Assembly (NCBI RefSeq): GCF_965237845.1
Contig: NZ_OZ250154.1
Location: forward strand, 2,589,141-2,653,140
Length of the DNA: 64,000 nucleotides
Direction of reading: 5' to 3'
Source of the DNA: Candidatus Spongiihabitans sp.
GTDB taxonomy: Bacteria; Pseudomonadota; Gammaproteobacteria; Arenicellales; Poriferihabitantaceae
Shown: positions 11,202-24,540 of the stretch, one piece after another
Layout of the letters: every line of letters starts with the position of its first letter
How positions within the stretch are numbered: the stretch's first letter is position 1
Notes under the pieces: generated by a model
What the model saw: only the letters and a program-made list of their open reading frames with translations
What the model was told of the DNA's origin: nothing
Databases searched by the model: none
Position numbers and translations under genes: made by a program

Positions 11202-13301
11202 TTAAGTATTTCTGATGGCTTCAGTTATGCTGGTCGGAACCGGCGCATACCTTTTGAATTCCATCGTATAGTTAGCTCGTCCCTGAGTCGCAGAGCGCAA
11301 CGAGGTGGCATAGCCAAACATTTCAGACAGAGGCACCTCAGCTTTTACAACTTTTCCACTCGCCGAATCTTCCATCTCCTGGATAAGACCGCGACGCGAA
11401 CTCAAATCGCCATTAACACTACCCATATATTCTTCCGGGGTAACTACTTCTACCGCCATCATTGGTTCAAGCAACTGTGGCCCTGCTTGTCTTGCGCCTT
11501 CTCTAAAAGCCATGGCCCCGGCCGCTTTAAAGGCATGTTCGGATGAATCCACTTCATGATACGAGCCATAAAATAACGTGGCCCTCACATCTATCACCGG
11601 GTAACCGGCAACCACCCCTGACTGCATTGCATCCTGAATTCCTTTATCCACCGCAGGAATAAATTCGCGAGGAATAACCCCACTCTTGATTTCGTCAATA
11701 AATTCGTAGCCCGCGCCCATTTTCTGGGGTTTCAGACGAAGGTGGACATGGCCATACTGGCCTCGTCCGCCGGTCTGCTTGGCGTATTTATGTTCGGTTT
11801 CGATAGTTTTAGTAATGGTTTCGCGGTAGGCAACCTGAGGTTTGCCGATATTGGCGTCTACGCTGAATTCCCTTTTTAACCTGTCGAGAATGATTTCCAA
11901 GTGTAATTCGCCCATTCCCGAGATAATCGTTTGTCCAGATTCTTCATCAGACCTGACTCTGAAAGAGGGATCTTCCCGTGCCAATTTGCCCAATGCGATG
12001 CCCAGTTTTTCCTGATCGGTTTTGGTTTTAGGTTCCACCGCCTGGGAAATAACCGGTTCCGGGAATTCCATCCGCTCCAATACCACTTCGGAATTGATAG
12101 CGCACAAGGTATCGCCGGTGGTAACGCTTTTAAGTCCAACTGCAGCGGCTATATCGCCGACATGTACTTCCTTAATATCTTCACGGTTATTGGAATGCAT
12201 CTGTAGAATTCGACCGATGCGCTCTTTTTTACCTTTTACTGAATTAAGCACCGTATCCCCGGATTTGACCATGCCTGAGTAAACTCGAAAGAATACCAGT
12301 TGTCCGAAAAATGAATCAGACATGATCTTAAAGGCCAGCGCTGAAAATGGTTCGTTGTCATCCGCTTTTCGCACTCTTTCAAATGACAATCCCGCGATGT
12401 CTGCCGCAATCCCATTGATAGCTGGCACATCCAGTGGGCTCGGCATGAAATCGACAACACCGTCAAGCATTGCTTGCACACCCTTGTTTTTAAATGCAGA
12501 GCCACAGAAAACCGGAATAATTTCATTGTTAAGTGTACGTATTCGAATTCCTTTTTTGAGGTCCTGCTCGCTTAACGCTCCTTGCTCAAAGTACTTATCC
12601 ATCATTGTATCGTCTGCTTCGGCTGCAGCTTCCACCAGTTTCGCATGATATTCACCGCACAATTCAACTAACTGTTCAGGAATGTCGCGATATTCAAACT
12701 CAACACCCATGTTTTCTTCTTTCCAGTAAATCGCTTTCATTTTGACCAGATCGACAACACCCTTGAAGTTTTCTTCGGAGCCAATGTTTAGCTGCACAAC
12801 AACCGGGTTAGCGCCCAGACGAGTTTTGATTTGTTCAACCACTCGCAAGAAATCCGCGCCAGTGCGATCCATTTTATTGATGAAAGCCATGCGCGGCACT
12901 TTGTACCTGTTGGCTTGTCGCCAAACTGTTTCAGATTGCGGCTCTACGCCACCTACTGCACAAAAAACCGCCACGGCGCCATCCAGTACGCGCAGTGCCC
13001 GCTCTACTTCAATGGTGAAGTCGACGTGGCCCGGGGTGTCGATAATATTGATTCGATGTTCTGGCAGGTCTTTATCCAGGCCGCTCCAAAAACAAGTAGT
13101 GGCAGCGGAAGTGATGGTGATGCCCCTTTCCTGTTCCTGTTCCATCCAGTCCATTACCGCATTACCGTCGTGAACCTCGCCAATTTTGTGGGACAGTCCG
13201 GTATAGAAAAGCACGCGTTCGGTGGTCGTGGTCTTGCCGGCATCAATGTGGGCCATGATGCCAATGTTACGATAACGGTGTAGAGGCGTTTTACGTGCCA
13301 T
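11202..13301 (-). CDS. fusA: Elongation factor G
   Basis: [17 protein letters not shown] and NKMD motifs; start placed at MARKTP. Confidence 0.99.
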   Translation of the reverse strand: MARKTPLHRYRNIGIMAHIDAGKTTTTERVLFYTGLSHKIGEVHDGNAVMDWMEQEQERGITITSAATTCFWSGLDKDLPEHRINIIDTPGHVDFTIEVERALRVLDGAVAVFCAVGGVEPQSETVWRQANRYKVPRMAFINKMDRTGADFLRVVEQIKTRLGANPVVVQLNIGSEENFKGVVDLVKMKAIYWKEENMGVEFEYRDIPEQLVELCGEYHAKLVEAAAEADDTMMDKYFEQGALSEQDLKKGIRIRTLNNEIIPVFCGSAFKNKGVQAMLDGVVDFMPSPLDVPAINGIAADIAGLSFERVRKADDNEPFSALAFKIMSDSFFGQLVFFRVYSGMVKSGDTVLNSVKGKKERIGRILQMHSNNREDIKEVHVGDIAAAVGLKSVTTGDTLCAINSEVVLERMEFPEPVISQAVEPKTKTDQEKLGIALGKLAREDPSFRVRSDEESGQTIISGMGELHLEIILDRLKREFSVDANIGKPQVAYRETITKTIETEHKYAKQTGGRGQYGHVHLRLKPQKMGAGYEFIDEIKSGVIPREFIPAVDKGIQDAMQSGVVAGYPVIDVRATLFYGSYHEVDSSEHAFKAAGAMAFREGARQAGPQLLEPMMAVEVVTPEEYMGSVNGDLSSRRGLIQEMEDSASGKVVKAEVPLSEMFGYATSLRSATQGRANYTMEFKRYAPVPTSITEAIRNT

Positions 13302-13329
13302 ATGCTTAATTGTACTACCGCTAATCAAA

Positions 13330-13800
13330 CTAAAAACGGTAATGCGAGAATGCTTTGTTGGCTTCAGCCATTTTCAGCGTGTCTTCACGTTTTTTAACGG
13401 CACTGCCGCGATCATCAGAAGCATCCATCAACTCACCGGCCAAGCGGGCGGTCATGGATTTTTCGTTTCTTTTTCGAGCCGCTTCCACTAACCAGCGCAT
13501 GGCTAATGCTATTTGACGATTGGGTCGCACTTCAATTGGAATCTGGTAGGTTGCGCCACCCACTCGGCGACTTTTTACTTCGACGCTAGGGCTTACTTTT
13601 TCCAATGCTTGGTTGAAAATACCGACAGGGTCTTCTTTGCCGCGCTGTTTGATAATGTCAAGGGCGTCGTAGATGATCTTTTCGGCAATGGATTTCTTGC
13701 CATCAAGCATTATGATGTTAATAAATTTTGCAATGGTCTGGTCCTTAAACTTGGGATCAGGCAATATTTTGCGCTTCGGTATTTCTCGTCTTCTTGGCAT
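13330..13800 (-). CDS. rpsG: 30S ribosomal protein S7
   Basis: MPRRR...RRVGGATYQ...MAEANKAF. Confidence 0.99.
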   Translation of the reverse strand: MPRRREIPKRKILPDPKFKDQTIAKFINIIMLDGKKSIAEKIIYDALDIIKQRGKEDPVGIFNQALEKVSPSVEVKSRRVGGATYQIPIEVRPNRQIALAMRWLVEAARKRNEKSMTARLAGELMDASDDRGSAVKKREDTLKMAEANKAFSHYRF

Positions 13801-13900
13801 TACTTAGTTTTGCTGCTTCATTTTGTTGCTATAAACTTAATGGCGCGTTAAGGCGATCAAAAAATAATTATAAAATCACTAAAAACTTTCCAAATAGCTG

Positions 13901-14094
13901 AGACGAATCACCCCGCCTGAACTTTGGTAAGGTTCAATATCTCAATGTCGGTCATTCCATAAGAATACGCTCTCCTGATCGTTCAGAAGAGCAACCTTCC
14001 CTTAGCCCCCTTTTGGGTATGACCCAAAGGTTCGGGCGTTAGGGTTTGGCGGGAAAATATAGCTTGCCGATCGGAGCTTAAACTCCGCCCATCT
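13901..14094 (-). ncRNA. Candidate multi-stem cis-regulatory RNA in the rpsL-rpsG spacer
   Basis: Four local hairpins, a closing stem (AGAUGGG/UUCGUCU) and long-range complementarities. G-U pairs favour the minus (mRNA) strand. Confidence 0.6.
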
Positions 14095-14165
14095 GTTAAT
14101 TAACGATGTGTTAATTAAATTTCTTTGCTAAAATATTCTAACGTCTTGTTCAAAAATGACGGGCA

Positions 14166-14540
14166 CTACGACTTAGGCCGCTTCGCACCGTACTTCGAAC
14201 GACCCTGGCGTCTATCAGAAACACCCGATGTGTCCAATGCGCCACGTACTGTGTGGTAACGAACACCGGGTAAATCTTTAACCCGCCCCCCTCTGATCAA
14301 TACCACTGAGTGCTCCTGGAGATTATGACCTTCACCACCAATGTAAGTCGTTACTTCATAGCCGTTGGTTAATCGAACCCGAGCCACTTTACGCAATGCG
14401 GAATTCGGTTTCTTTGGCGTTGTGGTATAAACCCGTGTACAAACCCCTCGTTTCTGCGGGCAAGTCTGCAATGCCGGAACATTGGGCTTTTTTACCTGCT
14501 TTTGACGTGGTTTTCTAACCAGTTGGTTTAATGTTGGCAT
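14166..14540 (-). CDS. rpsL: 30S ribosomal protein S12
   Basis: [11 protein letters not shown]...[12 protein letters not shown]. Confidence 0.99.
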   Translation of the reverse strand: MPTLNQLVRKPRQKQVKKPNVPALQTCPQKRGVCTRVYTTTPKKPNSALRKVARVRLTNGYEVTTYIGGEGHNLQEHSVVLIRGGRVKDLPGVRYHTVRGALDTSGVSDRRQGRSKYGAKRPKS

Positions 14541-14656
14541 GCGCTCAATATACTCAAAATTTATGCCTGTTCCAGATATATACTAGAACCCCGGAAACAC
14601 CTACAACCTATAAAATTCAACGAATTTTGCTAGTCTGGATTTTCGCAAGGGCGGCG

Positions 14657-14685
14657 ATTTTATGCCGATGAGCTAGCAGTGTCAA
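14657..14685 (-). promoter_or_regulatory. Sigma70 promoter of the str operon
   Basis: TTGACA-17 nt-TAAAAT on the minus strand, followed by a GC-rich discriminator (cgccgccc). Confidence 0.8.
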
Positions 14686-14737
14686 GCAAAAAACACCCGT
14701 AAAATCCCCTAAACCGACCACAAATTGCCTGCAAAAC

Positions 14738-17700
14738 TTACTCGGCGGCTGGCTGGGCGGGAGACTCGTTCATCACCTCATCCACTACCATTTCTCCGAG
14801 TTCGACATTTTCCTGTTCCGCTCCACCCAAAAGCGCTTCAATCTCTTGACTTTTGCGAGAATTCTCAATTCTGCTTCGCTTTCGCTCCTGATGAAAAGCA
14901 AGCCCGGTACCGGCTGGAATCAATCGCCCAACAATAACATTTTCTTTAAGTCCACGCAGTCGATCAACCTTGCCGTTTACCGAAGCATTAGTCAGCACCC
15001 GAGTCGTTTCCTGGAATGAAGCCGCCGATATGAACGATTCCGTAGTCAATGACGCCTTGGTGATTCCCAACAACACCGGGTCGTAAGCGGCCGGCCTTTT
15101 GCCTTGTTCGATCAACCTGTCATTTTCATCCAGTAATAAAGACTTTTCTGCTTGTTCGCCCAGCAAATAGCGACTATCACCAATATCAACAACCTTTGCT
15201 TTGCGTAACATTTGACGAACGATAACTTCAATATGCTTATCGTTTATTTTTACGCCTTGCAATTGGTAAACATCCTGGACTTCATTAACGATGTAATCCG
15301 CCAATGCCGTAACACCGAGATACTTCAGAATATCACTCGCCAAATGCGGTCCTTCAACGATAACCTCGCCCCGTTCCACGGTTTCCCCTTCAAACACATT
15401 AATGCGCCGGGTTTTTGGAATCAGGGTGCCATGGGTTTCCCCATCCTTGCTGGTGATCACCAAACGGTGCTTGCTTGCGGTTTCCTTGCCAAAAGAGACA
15501 ATGCCATCGACTTCCGCCAGAATGGCTGGCTCTTTGGGTTTGCGCGCCTCGAACAACTCTGCCACTCTGGGCAAGCCGCCGGTGATATCCCGCGCCTTTG
15601 ATGACTCCTGAGAAATCCGTGCGATGACATCGCCACTGCTCACCTGTTGCCCGTCCACGAGCATAACGATGGCATCCGGCGGTAACTGATATCGCGCATC
15701 GACATCGGTGCCGGGAATCTTCACTGAATTTCCCGCATCGTCCACCAGGCTAATGGTCGGCTTGATATTGTAGGCACTGCCGCGCCGCCGCTGCGGGTCG
15801 ATGATGACATACGCGCTTTTACCGGTTAATTCGTCGGTTTGCACGTTGACCGTTACCCCTTCTTCAAAATCGGTAAACACTACGGTTCCGGCGACCTCGG
15901 TAATAATAGGATGGGTATGCGGATCCCATGTCACTACAATATCGCCAATATTTACTTCAGAACCTTCGACAACCGTTAACACCGCGCCATAAGGCAGTTT
16001 ATGCCTTTCACGGTCACGGCCTTGCTCATCCTGAACGATCAACTCGCTTGACCGGGTTACCACAACGTGATTGCCGTCGCTGTTTTTAATCAGTTTGGCT
16101 GCTTTAAGGTGAATCTTCCCCTTATTCTTCAGCTCGACATGGCTAACCACCGCGGCCGCCGAAGCGGCGCCGCCGATGTGGAAGGTGCGCAAGGTCAGTT
16201 GGGTGCCCGGCTCGCCGATGGACTGCGCCGCGACCACGCCCACCGCTTCACCGACATTGATAGTATGGCCGCGGCCGAGATCGCGTCCATAGCACTTCGC
16301 ACATACGCCAAATCGGGTTTCGCAAGCGACCGCGGAGCGTACGTTAACCTCATGAATATTCATCTGATCAACTTTTATAACAGTCGTTTCATCAATCATT
16401 TCATCTTTTGAAATGATCACTTCATCGGTGACCGGGTCAATCACATTTTCAACGGCATAACGTCCCAATATACGGTCACCCAAAGGCACAACAACTTCGC
16501 CGCCTTGCACCTGCGCCTCGCGCAGCAAGCCCTTTTCGGTGCCACAATCTTCTTCGGTTACCACCAAGTCCTGGCAGACATCCACCAGGCGGCGCGTCAA
16601 ATAGCCGGCATTGGCGGTTTTCAGCGCGGTATCGGTCAGCCCCTTGCGCGCGCCGTGTGCCGAGATGAAGTATTGCAGCACGTTCAGCCCTTCGCGGAAA
16701 TTAGCGGTAATCGGCGTTTCAATGATCGAGCCATCCGGTTTTGCCATCAATCCGCGCATACCGGCTAACTGCCTGATCTGAGCATGGGAGCCACGCGCGC
16801 CGGAATCGGCCATCATGTAAATCGAATTAAACGATTTCTGCGGGACTTGCTCGCCTTTGTTGTCAGTCACTTGCTCTGTGCCGAGCTCGCTCAGCATGGA
16901 ATCCGCGACCTGCTCGCTTCTGCGCGACCATATATCGATGACCTTGTTATAACGCTCGCCGTCGGTCAGCAACCCGTCGGTGTACTGCCCCTGAATTTCC
17001 AGCACCTCCTTTTGCGCCTCGCTCAGGATTTTCGCCTTGTCTTTGGGAATCTCCATGTCGTCCACGCCGATGGAGATGCCGGACAGCGCCGCCATCTTAA
17101 ATCCGGTGTACATCAATTGGTCGGCGAAAATCACGGTTTCCTTGAGGCCCACTTGCCGGTATGAGGCATCGATGAGTTCGGAAATGGTTTTCTTTTTCAT
17201 CGGCCGGTCAATCAGGGAAAAATCCAGCCCCTTGGGCAGAATCTCCGACAACAACGCTCGCCCGACGGTGGTTTTCACCCGCGTCTTGCCTGTTTTGCTT
17301 TTCTCCGGCATTTTCACCGCAACCCGAGGAATCTCAATGCGGGCGTGCAGGTGCACATACCCGCTTTCATGGGCGCGCCGCACCTCGTTGATATCGACAA
17401 AGTATTTTCGAACATCGGCATCATCGGCATAGCATTTTTTGTGTTGGATATTGCCTTTGACTTCGATGCTTTTGCTTTCCCGGGTCATGTAATACAAACC
17501 AAGCACGATATCCTGAGACGGCACAATAATCGGCTCGCCGTTTGCCGGCGACAGAATGTTATTTGTAGACATTATTAAAGCGCGGGTTTCAAGTTGTGCC
17601 TCTATTGAGAGCGGCACATGAACCGCCATTTGATCGCCGTCAAAATCCGCATTGTAAGGCGTGCACACCAACGGATGAAGCTGAATCGCTTTTCCTTCAA

Positions 17701-19024
17701 TGAGGATTGGTTCGAATGCCTGTATTCCTAATCTGTGCAAGGTTGGCGCGCGGTTAAGCATTACCGGGTGTTCACGGATAACGTCTTCCAGAATATCCCA
17801 GACTTCCGCACTCTCGGCTTCCACTATTTTCTTGGCTTGTTTAATGTTGGTCGCTAATCCGCGAAGTTCAAGTTTGCTGAATATGAATGGCTTGAATAAT
17901 TCCAGCGCCATTTTTTTAGGCAATCCACATTGGTGCAACTTTAAAGTCGGCCCAACAACGATAACCGACCGACCGGAGTAGTCCACTCGCTTGCCCAGCA
18001 AGTTCTGACGGAAACGGCCCTGCTTGCCCTTGATGATGTCTGAAATGGATTTCAGCTGGCGCTTGTTGGCGCCGGTAATCGCCTTGCCGCGGCGACCATT
18101 ATCGAGCATCGCATCCACCGCTTCCTGGAGCATGCGTTTTTCGTTGCGCACGATCAGATCCGGCGCGTTCAAGTCCAGCAATCTTTTTAATCGGTTATTA
18201 CGGTTGATGACCCGGCGGTACAGATCGTTCAAATCCGAGGTGGCGAAGCGGCCTCCTTCCAATGGCACCAGCGGGCGTAAATCCGGTGGCAGCACCGGCA
18301 GCACATCCATAATCATCCAGGCCGGATTGTTGCTGGAATTAATAAACGCCTCAATCACCTTTAATCGACTTGTAAATTTTTCAATTTTTGTCACCGATTT
18401 TGTGGCCGCCAGATCTTCCCGCAACAATAACGCTTCTTCCTCCAAATCAATTTCTTTTAGCAACTTGCGGATTGATTCGGCGCCCATACCGGCTTCAAAT
18501 TCATCGCCGAAAGTCTCTATGGCTTCCAGGTAAGACTCTTCGGTCAGTAAATCGCCGCGCTCGAAATCCGTGATGCCGGGATCAATCATCACATAAGCTT
18601 CAAAATACAAAACTCGCTCCATCTCCCGAACGGTCATATTGAGCAACAATCCCAGCCGCGAGGGCAGGGACTTGAGAAACCAGATATGGGCACAGGGGGC
18701 GGCCAGTTCAATGTGCCCCATTCTTTCACGGCGCACTTTGGACAGGGTGACTTCGACGCCGCATTTTTCGCAAATCACGCCGCGATGTTTCAAGCGTTTG
18801 TACTTACCGCATAAACATTCGTAATCGCTGATCGGTCCGAATAATTTTGCACAAAACAAGCCGTCTCGTTCAGGCCTGAAAGTTCGATAGTTTATGGTTT
18901 CCGGTTTTTTTACCTCGCCGAAGGACCATGACCGAATTTTTTCCGGCGACGCGATACTGACCCGAATGGAATCAAAATCTTCGATCGTATCGGTTTGCTT
19001 GAACAGATTAAAAATGTCTCTCAT
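14738..19024 (-). CDS. rpoC: RNA polymerase beta' subunit
   Basis: Zn finger CLCGKYK...CEKC and catalytic NADFDGD. Confidence 0.99.
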   Translation of the reverse strand: MRDIFNLFKQTDTIEDFDSIRVSIASPEKIRSWSFGEVKKPETINYRTFRPERDGLFCAKLFGPISDYECLCGKYKRLKHRGVICEKCGVEVTLSKVRRERMGHIELAAPCAHIWFLKSLPSRLGLLLNMTVREMERVLYFEAYVMIDPGITDFERGDLLTEESYLEAIETFGDEFEAGMGAESIRKLLKEIDLEEEALLLREDLAATKSVTKIEKFTSRLKVIEAFINSSNNPAWMIMDVLPVLPPDLRPLVPLEGGRFATSDLNDLYRRVINRNNRLKRLLDLNAPDLIVRNEKRMLQEAVDAMLDNGRRGKAITGANKRQLKSISDIIKGKQGRFRQNLLGKRVDYSGRSVIVVGPTLKLHQCGLPKKMALELFKPFIFSKLELRGLATNIKQAKKIVEAESAEVWDILEDVIREHPVMLNRAPTLHRLGIQAFEPILIEGKAIQLHPLVCTPYNADFDGDQMAVHVPLSIEAQLETRALIMSTNNILSPANGEPIIVPSQDIVLGLYYMTRESKSIEVKGNIQHKKCYADDADVRKYFVDINEVRRAHESGYVHLHARIEIPRVAVKMPEKSKTGKTRVKTTVGRALLSEILPKGLDFSLIDRPMKKKTISELIDASYRQVGLKETVIFADQLMYTGFKMAALSGISIGVDDMEIPKDKAKILSEAQKEVLEIQGQYTDGLLTDGERYNKVIDIWSRRSEQVADSMLSELGTEQVTDNKGEQVPQKSFNSIYMMADSGARGSHAQIRQLAGMRGLMAKPDGSIIETPITANFREGLNVLQYFISAHGARKGLTDTALKTANAGYLTRRLVDVCQDLVVTEEDCGTEKGLLREAQVQGGEVVVPLGDRILGRYAVENVIDPVTDEVIISKDEMIDETTVIKVDQMNIHEVNVRSAVACETRFGVCAKCYGRDLGRGHTINVGEAVGVVAAQSIGEPGTQLTLRTFHIGGAASAAAVVSHVELKNKGKIHLKAAKLIKNSDGNHVVVTRSSELIVQDEQGRDRERHKLPYGAVLTVVEGSEVNIGDIVVTWDPHTHPIITEVAGTVVFTDFEEGVTVNVQTDELTGKSAYVIIDPQRRRGSAYNIKPTISLVDDAGNSVKIPGTDVDARYQLPPDAIVMLVDGQQVSSGDVIARISQESSKARDITGGLPRVAELFEARKPKEPAILAEVDGIVSFGKETASKHRLVITSKDGETHGTLIPKTRRINVFEGETVERGEVIVEGPHLASDILKYLGVTALADYIVNEVQDVYQLQGVKINDKHIEVIVRQMLRKAKVVDIGDSRYLLGEQAEKSLLLDENDRLIEQGKRPAAYDPVLLGITKASLTTESFISAASFQETTRVLTNASVNGKVDRLRGLKENVIVGRLIPAGTGLAFHQERKRSRIENSRKSQEIEALLGGAEQENVELGEMVVDEVMNESPAQPAAE

Positions 19025-19081
19025 TTTGTGCTGCCTCTATTATAATGTATATTATGACGTTCGGAGTTAATCTGTGATGCC

Positions 19082-22000
19082 CTAGTGATGCTCCTGCTTG
19101 AGCTCAATATTGAGACCCAATGCACGAATTTCCTTGACCAAAACATTAAACGATTCGGGCATGCCCGCATCCATTCCATAATCACCTCGAACGATGTTTT
19201 CATAGGTTTTCGAGCGGCCGACGACATCATCGGATTTAACCGTCAGCATTTCCTGCAAGGTATAGGCCGCACCATAAGCTTCAAGCGCCCACACTTCCAT
19301 TTCACCGAATCGTTGCCCGCCAAATTGAGCCTTGCCGCCTAACGGTTGTTGCGTGATCAAGCTGTATGGTCCGGTGGAACGGGCATGCATTTTGTCATCC
19401 ACCAGATGGTTCAATTTCAAGATATACATGTATCCGCAAGTGACTGGCCGATCAAACTTTTCGCCGGTTCGACCATCATATAATGTCATCTGGCCGCTGC
19501 TTGGAATACCCGCCAGTTTTAACATGCCTTTGATTTCGGCTTCGTTGGCGCCGTCAAATACCGGCGTTGCCATAGGCACCCCGTCTCGAAGATTATTCGC
19601 TAACTCGAGTATTTCGTCTTCGGAAAATTTATCCAGCGCTTCTTGCTTGCCACTGGTGTTATAGACTTTGTCGAGAAACTTATGGATTTGATCCGGTTTC
19701 TTGTTTTTGCGAAGCATTTCACTGATCTGCACACCAATTTTCTTGGCCGCCCAACCCAAATGCGTTTCCAGAACCTGACCGACATTCATCCTCGAGGGCA
19801 CGCCTAATGGATTCAGGCAAATATCAATCGAAGTGCCGTCATCCATATAGGGCATATCCTCGACCGGAACAATTTTAGAAATAACCCCTTTATTGCCATG
19901 CCGACCGGCCATTTTATCGCCAGGTTGCAACCGCCGTTTAACCGCTACAAAAACCTTGACGATTTTTAGCACACCTGGGGCAAGATCATCGCCCATCTTG
20001 ATTTTTTCGCTTTTTTCTTCGAAGCGGCGATCAAACTCCTGGCGTTGCGCCTCTAATTGCTCACGAATATTTTCTATCGCCTGGTTAGCTTGTTCGTTTC
20101 GGAGTCGAATTTCAAACCATTGCTTGCGAGACAGTTCGGCCAAATAACCATTGGTGACTTTTTCGCCCGCTTTCAGGTCGTTTGGCCCGCCTTCGGCGAT
20201 GTGGTTGTGCAATAGTTTTTCAATGCGCGCATAGGCATCGTCTTCAACGATTCGCAACTGATCATCCAGGTCTTTATGAACTGCCTCCAATTCATCTTCA
20301 TCGTTTGCGGTAGCACGGGCATCTTTGGCTAAACCTTCACGGGTAAACACCTGGACGTCGATGACCGTGCCTTTCATACCCGATGGCATACGCAGCGAGG
20401 TATCCTTGACATCAGAAGCCTTTTCGCCAAAAATTGCTCGTAAAAGCTTCTCTTCCGGGGTCAATTGTGTTTCCCCTTTTGGGGTGATCTTGCCCACTAA
20501 AACATCGTCAGGCTCGGTTTCAGCGCCGATATAGACGATACCGGATTCATCCAGTTTGGAGAGTGCGCCTTCGCCGACATTAGGAATGTCCCGACTGATT
20601 TCTTCGGATCCAAGCTTGGTATCCCTTGCCACACAAGAAAGCTCTTCGATGTGAACCGAGGTATAAACTTCGTCCTTCACCAATCTTTCCGAAATCAGGA
20701 TTGAATCCTCGAAGTTATAGCCGTTCCAGGGCATGAACGCGATCAGGACATTTCTGCCCAGCGCCAACTCGCCCATATCAGTGGACGGGCCGTCGGCAAG
20801 CACATCGCCACGCTCAATTTTATCCGCCAGGCTGACCAGAGGATGCTGATTAATGGTTGTATTTTGGTTTGACCGTTGGTATTTGGTGAGGTTATAAATG
20901 TCAACGCCTGGCTCGCCCACAATGCTCTCGTCGTCGTTGACTCGAACAACGATGCGTGAAGCATCCACTGAATCCACAATACCGCCACGTCGTGCAATCA
21001 CTGTCACGCCTGAGTCAATAGCCACTGTGCGTTCCATACCCGTGCCCACCAGCGGTTTTTCACTGCGTATCACCGGCACCGCCTGACGTTGCATGTTCGC
21101 ACCCATTAACGCACGGTTGGCATCATCGTGCTCAAGAAAAGGCACTAACGATGCCGCCACGGATACGATTTGTTGCGGCGCCACATCGATGTAGTCAATT
21201 TGATCCGATGTCGATAACGAAAATTCATTTTTGTGCCGACATGAAATCAGTTGATCGGAAAACCTGCCGCCAGCATCTACTGCAACGTTGGCTTGGGCGA
21301 TGACAAATTTATGCTCTTCGATAGCCGACAGATAATCAACTTGGTCGGTTGCTTTGCCGTCAACCACTTTTCGGTACGGGGTTTCAAGGAAACCATATTC
21401 ATTGGTTTTGGCGAAACACGCCAGCGAATTGATCAAGCCAATATTCGGACCCTCGGGCGTTTCAATTGGACAGACCCGGCCATAGTGAGTCGGGTGCACG
21501 TCACGCACTTCAAAACCGGCGCGCTCCCGGGTTAATCCTCCGGGTCCCAATGCCGATACCCGACGTTTATGGGTGACTTCCGACAGCGGATTGGTTTGAT
21601 CCATAAACTGAGACAATTGGCTGGAGCCGAAAAATTCGCGAACCACCGCTGAAACCGGTTTTGCGTTAATTAAATCCTGGGGAGTCAGGCCTTCACTTTC
21701 AACCAGGTTCAAGCGCTCTTTAACGGCGCGCTCGACGCGCACCAAGCCAATGCGAAATTGATTTTCCACTAATTCGCCAACCGATCGAACCCGCCGATTT
21801 CCAAGGTTATCGATATCATCCGTTTCCCCCTTGCCATTTTTAAGCGCAACAATTTTACGCATAACATCGACGATGTCCTGCTTGCTCAGTGTGCCTGGCC
21901 CTTCATCTGACTCCCTGCCCAGCCGGCGGTTGAGTTTCATACGACCGACCGCAGATAAATCGTATCGTTCGTGATTGAAAAACAGATTGGCGAATAACGC

Positions 22001-23170
22001 CGCAGAAGCCTCTTTTGTTGGCGGCTCGCCCGGTCGCATCACGCGATAGATTTCAACCTGTGCTTGTTCCTCTGAGCGTGTTCCGTCAATTCGGAGGGTC
22101 TCGGAAATAAACGGCCCGCAATCGATATCATTGGTATAGATTGTGGTGATATCCGCAATGCCATTTTCCCTGAGCGCCTCCAAAACCTCTGGAACGATTT
22201 CCTGATTAGCTTCCGCCAGCAACTCCCCGGTTTCAGTATCAACAATATCCTCGGCCAGAGTTCGACCCAGTAAATATCCATCAGGAATCGGGATTTCGCT
22301 GATTCCAGCTTTTTCCAGTTCGTTAATATGCCGCACCGTAATTCTTTTTTCAGCTTCGACAATGACTTTGCCTTTGGCGCCTTTGGTGTCTTTCAAGGCG
22401 AATTCCAGCCGCTGACCACGCATACGCTCAGGCACCAGCTCTAAAGTTGCGCCGGATTCAGTCAAGGTGATGTTGTCGTTTTCAAAAAACATGGACAATA
22501 TTTCTTCGGTGCTGTATCCCAAAGCACGCAACATAACTGTCGCAGGAAGCTTTCGACGCCGATCAATTCGGATATACAGCAAGTCCTTGGGATCAAACTC
22601 CAGGTCCAGCCATGATCCGCGGTACGGGATGATGCGCGCGGAAAACAGTAGTTTGCGCGAGACATGGGTCTTGCCCCCATCGTGATCAAAGATTACGCCT
22701 GGAGACCTGTGTAATTGGGAAACGACAACTCGCTCTGTTCCATTGATAACAAACGTACCGTTATCCGTCATCAACGGCATATCGCCGAGATACACTTCCT
22801 GTTCGATGATGTCTTTGGGTTTCTTGCCGGCTCCGCCTTTATTGAAAATGACCAGGCGCATGACCACGCGCAACGGGCAGGCATATACCAAGCTGCGTTG
22901 CTGGCATTCGACCACATCAAATCCGGGTTTTTCCATGCGATAGCTGACGAAATCCAGGATTACGCTGCCGTTATAACTTTCAATCGGAAAGACTGACTTG
23001 AAGGCAGCCTGAATCCCTTGATCAATACGCTGCTCTGGAGGGATGAATTCCTGCAGGTATTTGCGGTAAGACTCTTTCTGAGTGGCTAACAGGTATGGCA
23101 CCTGAAAGTCATCGGAACGTTTACTAAAACTCTTTCGAATGCGCTTTTTTTCAGTAAAAGAATAGCCCAT
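19082..23170 (-). CDS. rpoB: RNA polymerase beta subunit
   Basis: [21 protein letters not shown] and GGQRFGEME motifs. Confidence 0.99.
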   Translation of the reverse strand: MGYSFTEKKRIRKSFSKRSDDFQVPYLLATQKESYRKYLQEFIPPEQRIDQGIQAAFKSVFPIESYNGSVILDFVSYRMEKPGFDVVECQQRSLVYACPLRVVMRLVIFNKGGAGKKPKDIIEQEVYLGDMPLMTDNGTFVINGTERVVVSQLHRSPGVIFDHDGGKTHVSRKLLFSARIIPYRGSWLDLEFDPKDLLYIRIDRRRKLPATVMLRALGYSTEEILSMFFENDNITLTESGATLELVPERMRGQRLEFALKDTKGAKGKVIVEAEKRITVRHINELEKAGISEIPIPDGYLLGRTLAEDIVDTETGELLAEANQEIVPEVLEALRENGIADITTIYTNDIDCGPFISETLRIDGTRSEEQAQVEIYRVMRPGEPPTKEASAALFANLFFNHERYDLSAVGRMKLNRRLGRESDEGPGTLSKQDIVDVMRKIVALKNGKGETDDIDNLGNRRVRSVGELVENQFRIGLVRVERAVKERLNLVESEGLTPQDLINAKPVSAVVREFFGSSQLSQFMDQTNPLSEVTHKRRVSALGPGGLTRERAGFEVRDVHPTHYGRVCPIETPEGPNIGLINSLACFAKTNEYGFLETPYRKVVDGKATDQVDYLSAIEEHKFVIAQANVAVDAGGRFSDQLISCRHKNEFSLSTSDQIDYIDVAPQQIVSVAASLVPFLEHDDANRALMGANMQRQAVPVIRSEKPLVGTGMERTVAIDSGVTVIARRGGIVDSVDASRIVVRVNDDESIVGEPGVDIYNLTKYQRSNQNTTINQHPLVSLADKIERGDVLADGPSTDMGELALGRNVLIAFMPWNGYNFEDSILISERLVKDEVYTSVHIEELSCVARDTKLGSEEISRDIPNVGEGALSKLDESGIVYIGAETEPDDVLVGKITPKGETQLTPEEKLLRAIFGEKASDVKDTSLRMPSGMKGTVIDVQVFTREGLAKDARATANDEDELEAVHKDLDDQLRIVEDDAYARIEKLLHNHIAEGGPNDLKAGEKVTNGYLAELSRKQWFEIRLRNEQANQAIENIREQLEAQRQEFDRRFEEKSEKIKMGDDLAPGVLKIVKVFVAVKRRLQPGDKMAGRHGNKGVISKIVPVEDMPYMDDGTSIDICLNPLGVPSRMNVGQVLETHLGWAAKKIGVQISEMLRKNKKPDQIHKFLDKVYNTSGKQEALDKFSEDEILELANNLRDGVPMATPVFDGANEAEIKGMLKLAGIPSSGQMTLYDGRTGEKFDRPVTCGYMYILKLNHLVDDKMHARSTGPYSLITQQPLGGKAQFGGQRFGEMEVWALEAYGAAYTLQEMLTVKSDDVVGRSKTYENIVRGDYGMDAGMPESFNVLVKEIRALGLNIELKQEHH

Positions 23171-23367
23171 GTTTGCCCTCTATGACAGATCGATCAATAA
23201 AATACAAAATGCTTTCACCTCGTTTAAATATTCCTAGAACGCGGCAGCGGGCATAGAATTAATAAGCTTATGTATTTTCATATGCTCCCGTTCCTTAAAA
23301 ATATTCATGTATCGGGGTGTAATTGCGGGCCGGAACGAATTCCAACCCACAATAATAAGAACCAAAA

Positions 23368-23751
23368 CTACTTGAGCTCGACGGCGCCGCCAGCTTGTTC
23401 AAGTTGTTTTTTCAATTCTTCTGCTTCAGTTTTCGCAACCCCTTGTTTGACCAGGGCAGGCGCGCTTTCAACCAAATCCTTGGCCTCTTTGAGACCCAGA
23501 CCGGTGATTACGCGCACTACCTTGATGACACCGACTTTTTTGTCGCCGAAACTGGTCAGCATTACGTCAAACTCATCTTTTTCTTCTGCCACGTCAGCCA
23601 CCGCGTCGCCAGCAGCGCTGGGCGCGGCCACGGCGACAGCCGTTGCTGCTGATACACTAAATTTCTCTTCCATGTCCTTGATTAAATCGGACAGGTCAAG
23701 CACTGACATCTCGGCAATTGCGTCGAGAACTTCTTCTTTACTTAAAGCCAT
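23368..23751 (-). CDS. rplL: 50S ribosomal protein L7/L12
   Basis: EEKDEFDV...[12 protein letters not shown]. Confidence 0.99.
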   Translation of the reverse strand: MALSKEEVLDAIAEMSVLDLSDLIKDMEEKFSVSAATAVAVAAPSAAGDAVADVAEEKDEFDVMLTSFGDKKVGVIKVVRVITGLGLKEAKDLVESAPALVKQGVAKTEAEELKKQLEQAGGAVELK

Positions 23752-23832
23752 GGTAATTACTCCTGATAGCTAACAAACATTAAAAATTTTTTACCTTTTG
23801 CGGTCTCCCGCAAGGGGATACTTAAAATATAT

Positions 23833-23897
23833 TTTTTTCGAACAGCACCGAGCCTTTATATGCTTGAAAAAACAGACATGGCAAAGGTTATGCGTAA
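23833..23897 (+). repeat. 65-bp hairpin repeat, copy A (rplJ-rplL spacer)
   Basis: 55/65 identical by manual alignment to the reverse complement of 24608-24672. Confidence 0.8.
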
Positions 23898-23943
23898 ACA
23901 TCTAAAGCTTAATATGAATGAAGCGGGACACAGTGCACAGCTG

Positions 23944-24468
23944 TTACACTGCTTTCTTTGCTTCCGCTACTGCACAAAGCGTTCGCACACACTTACTCGG
24001 CACTTCATTGAGTGTTGACACCAGTTTCTGAATTGGCGCCTGAATAGTCCCTATCAGCCTGGCAATCAATCGCTCCCGGCCAGGCAGTTTGGACAGACGC
24101 TGAATCATTGCACAATCAATCAGGAAGCCATTCATCGCTCCCGCGGTGATCTTCAATTTTTCATTATCTTTCGCAAATGCAGCCATTACCTTAGCAACTG
24201 AAACAGGATCTGCAGATGCCGAGAAAATGACCGGCCCGGTAAAGTGATCGGTTAAACACTCAAAATCAGAGCCTTGGATGACCAGCTTGGCAAGGTTGTT
24301 TTTTACAACCCTGACCCACACGCCAGCATTCCGCGCCTCGGTGCGCAGTGCGGTTATTTGTGCAACATTGAGTCCACGATACTCAGCCAATATCCCAGCC
24401 TGGGCTGAAGCAATTGCTTCAGTTACCTCGCTGACCACGGCTTTTTTCTGATCTACACTTAAACTCAT
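23944..24468 (-). CDS. rplJ: 50S ribosomal protein L10
   Basis: EYRGLNV...LR...VVKNNLA; lies between rplA and rplL. Confidence 0.97.
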   Translation of the reverse strand: MSLSVDQKKAVVSEVTEAIASAQAGILAEYRGLNVAQITALRTEARNAGVWVRVVKNNLAKLVIQGSDFECLTDHFTGPVIFSASADPVSVAKVMAAFAKDNEKLKITAGAMNGFLIDCAMIQRLSKLPGRERLIARLIGTIQAPIQKLVSTLNEVPSKCVRTLCAVAEAKKAV

Positions 24469-24540
24469 AAGCACACTCCCACATTAAATAATAGTGAAAT
24501 AATAGTGTCCTGCATCAGGCTTATTCCTGACTTCGGTCCA

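Noticed and set aside
13905-13925. aatcaccccgcctgaa resembles the start of HEARO/omega RNAs of IS200/IS605 elements
   Set aside because: The rest of the motif and any IscB/TnpB ORF are absent, and G-U pairing favours the opposite strand.
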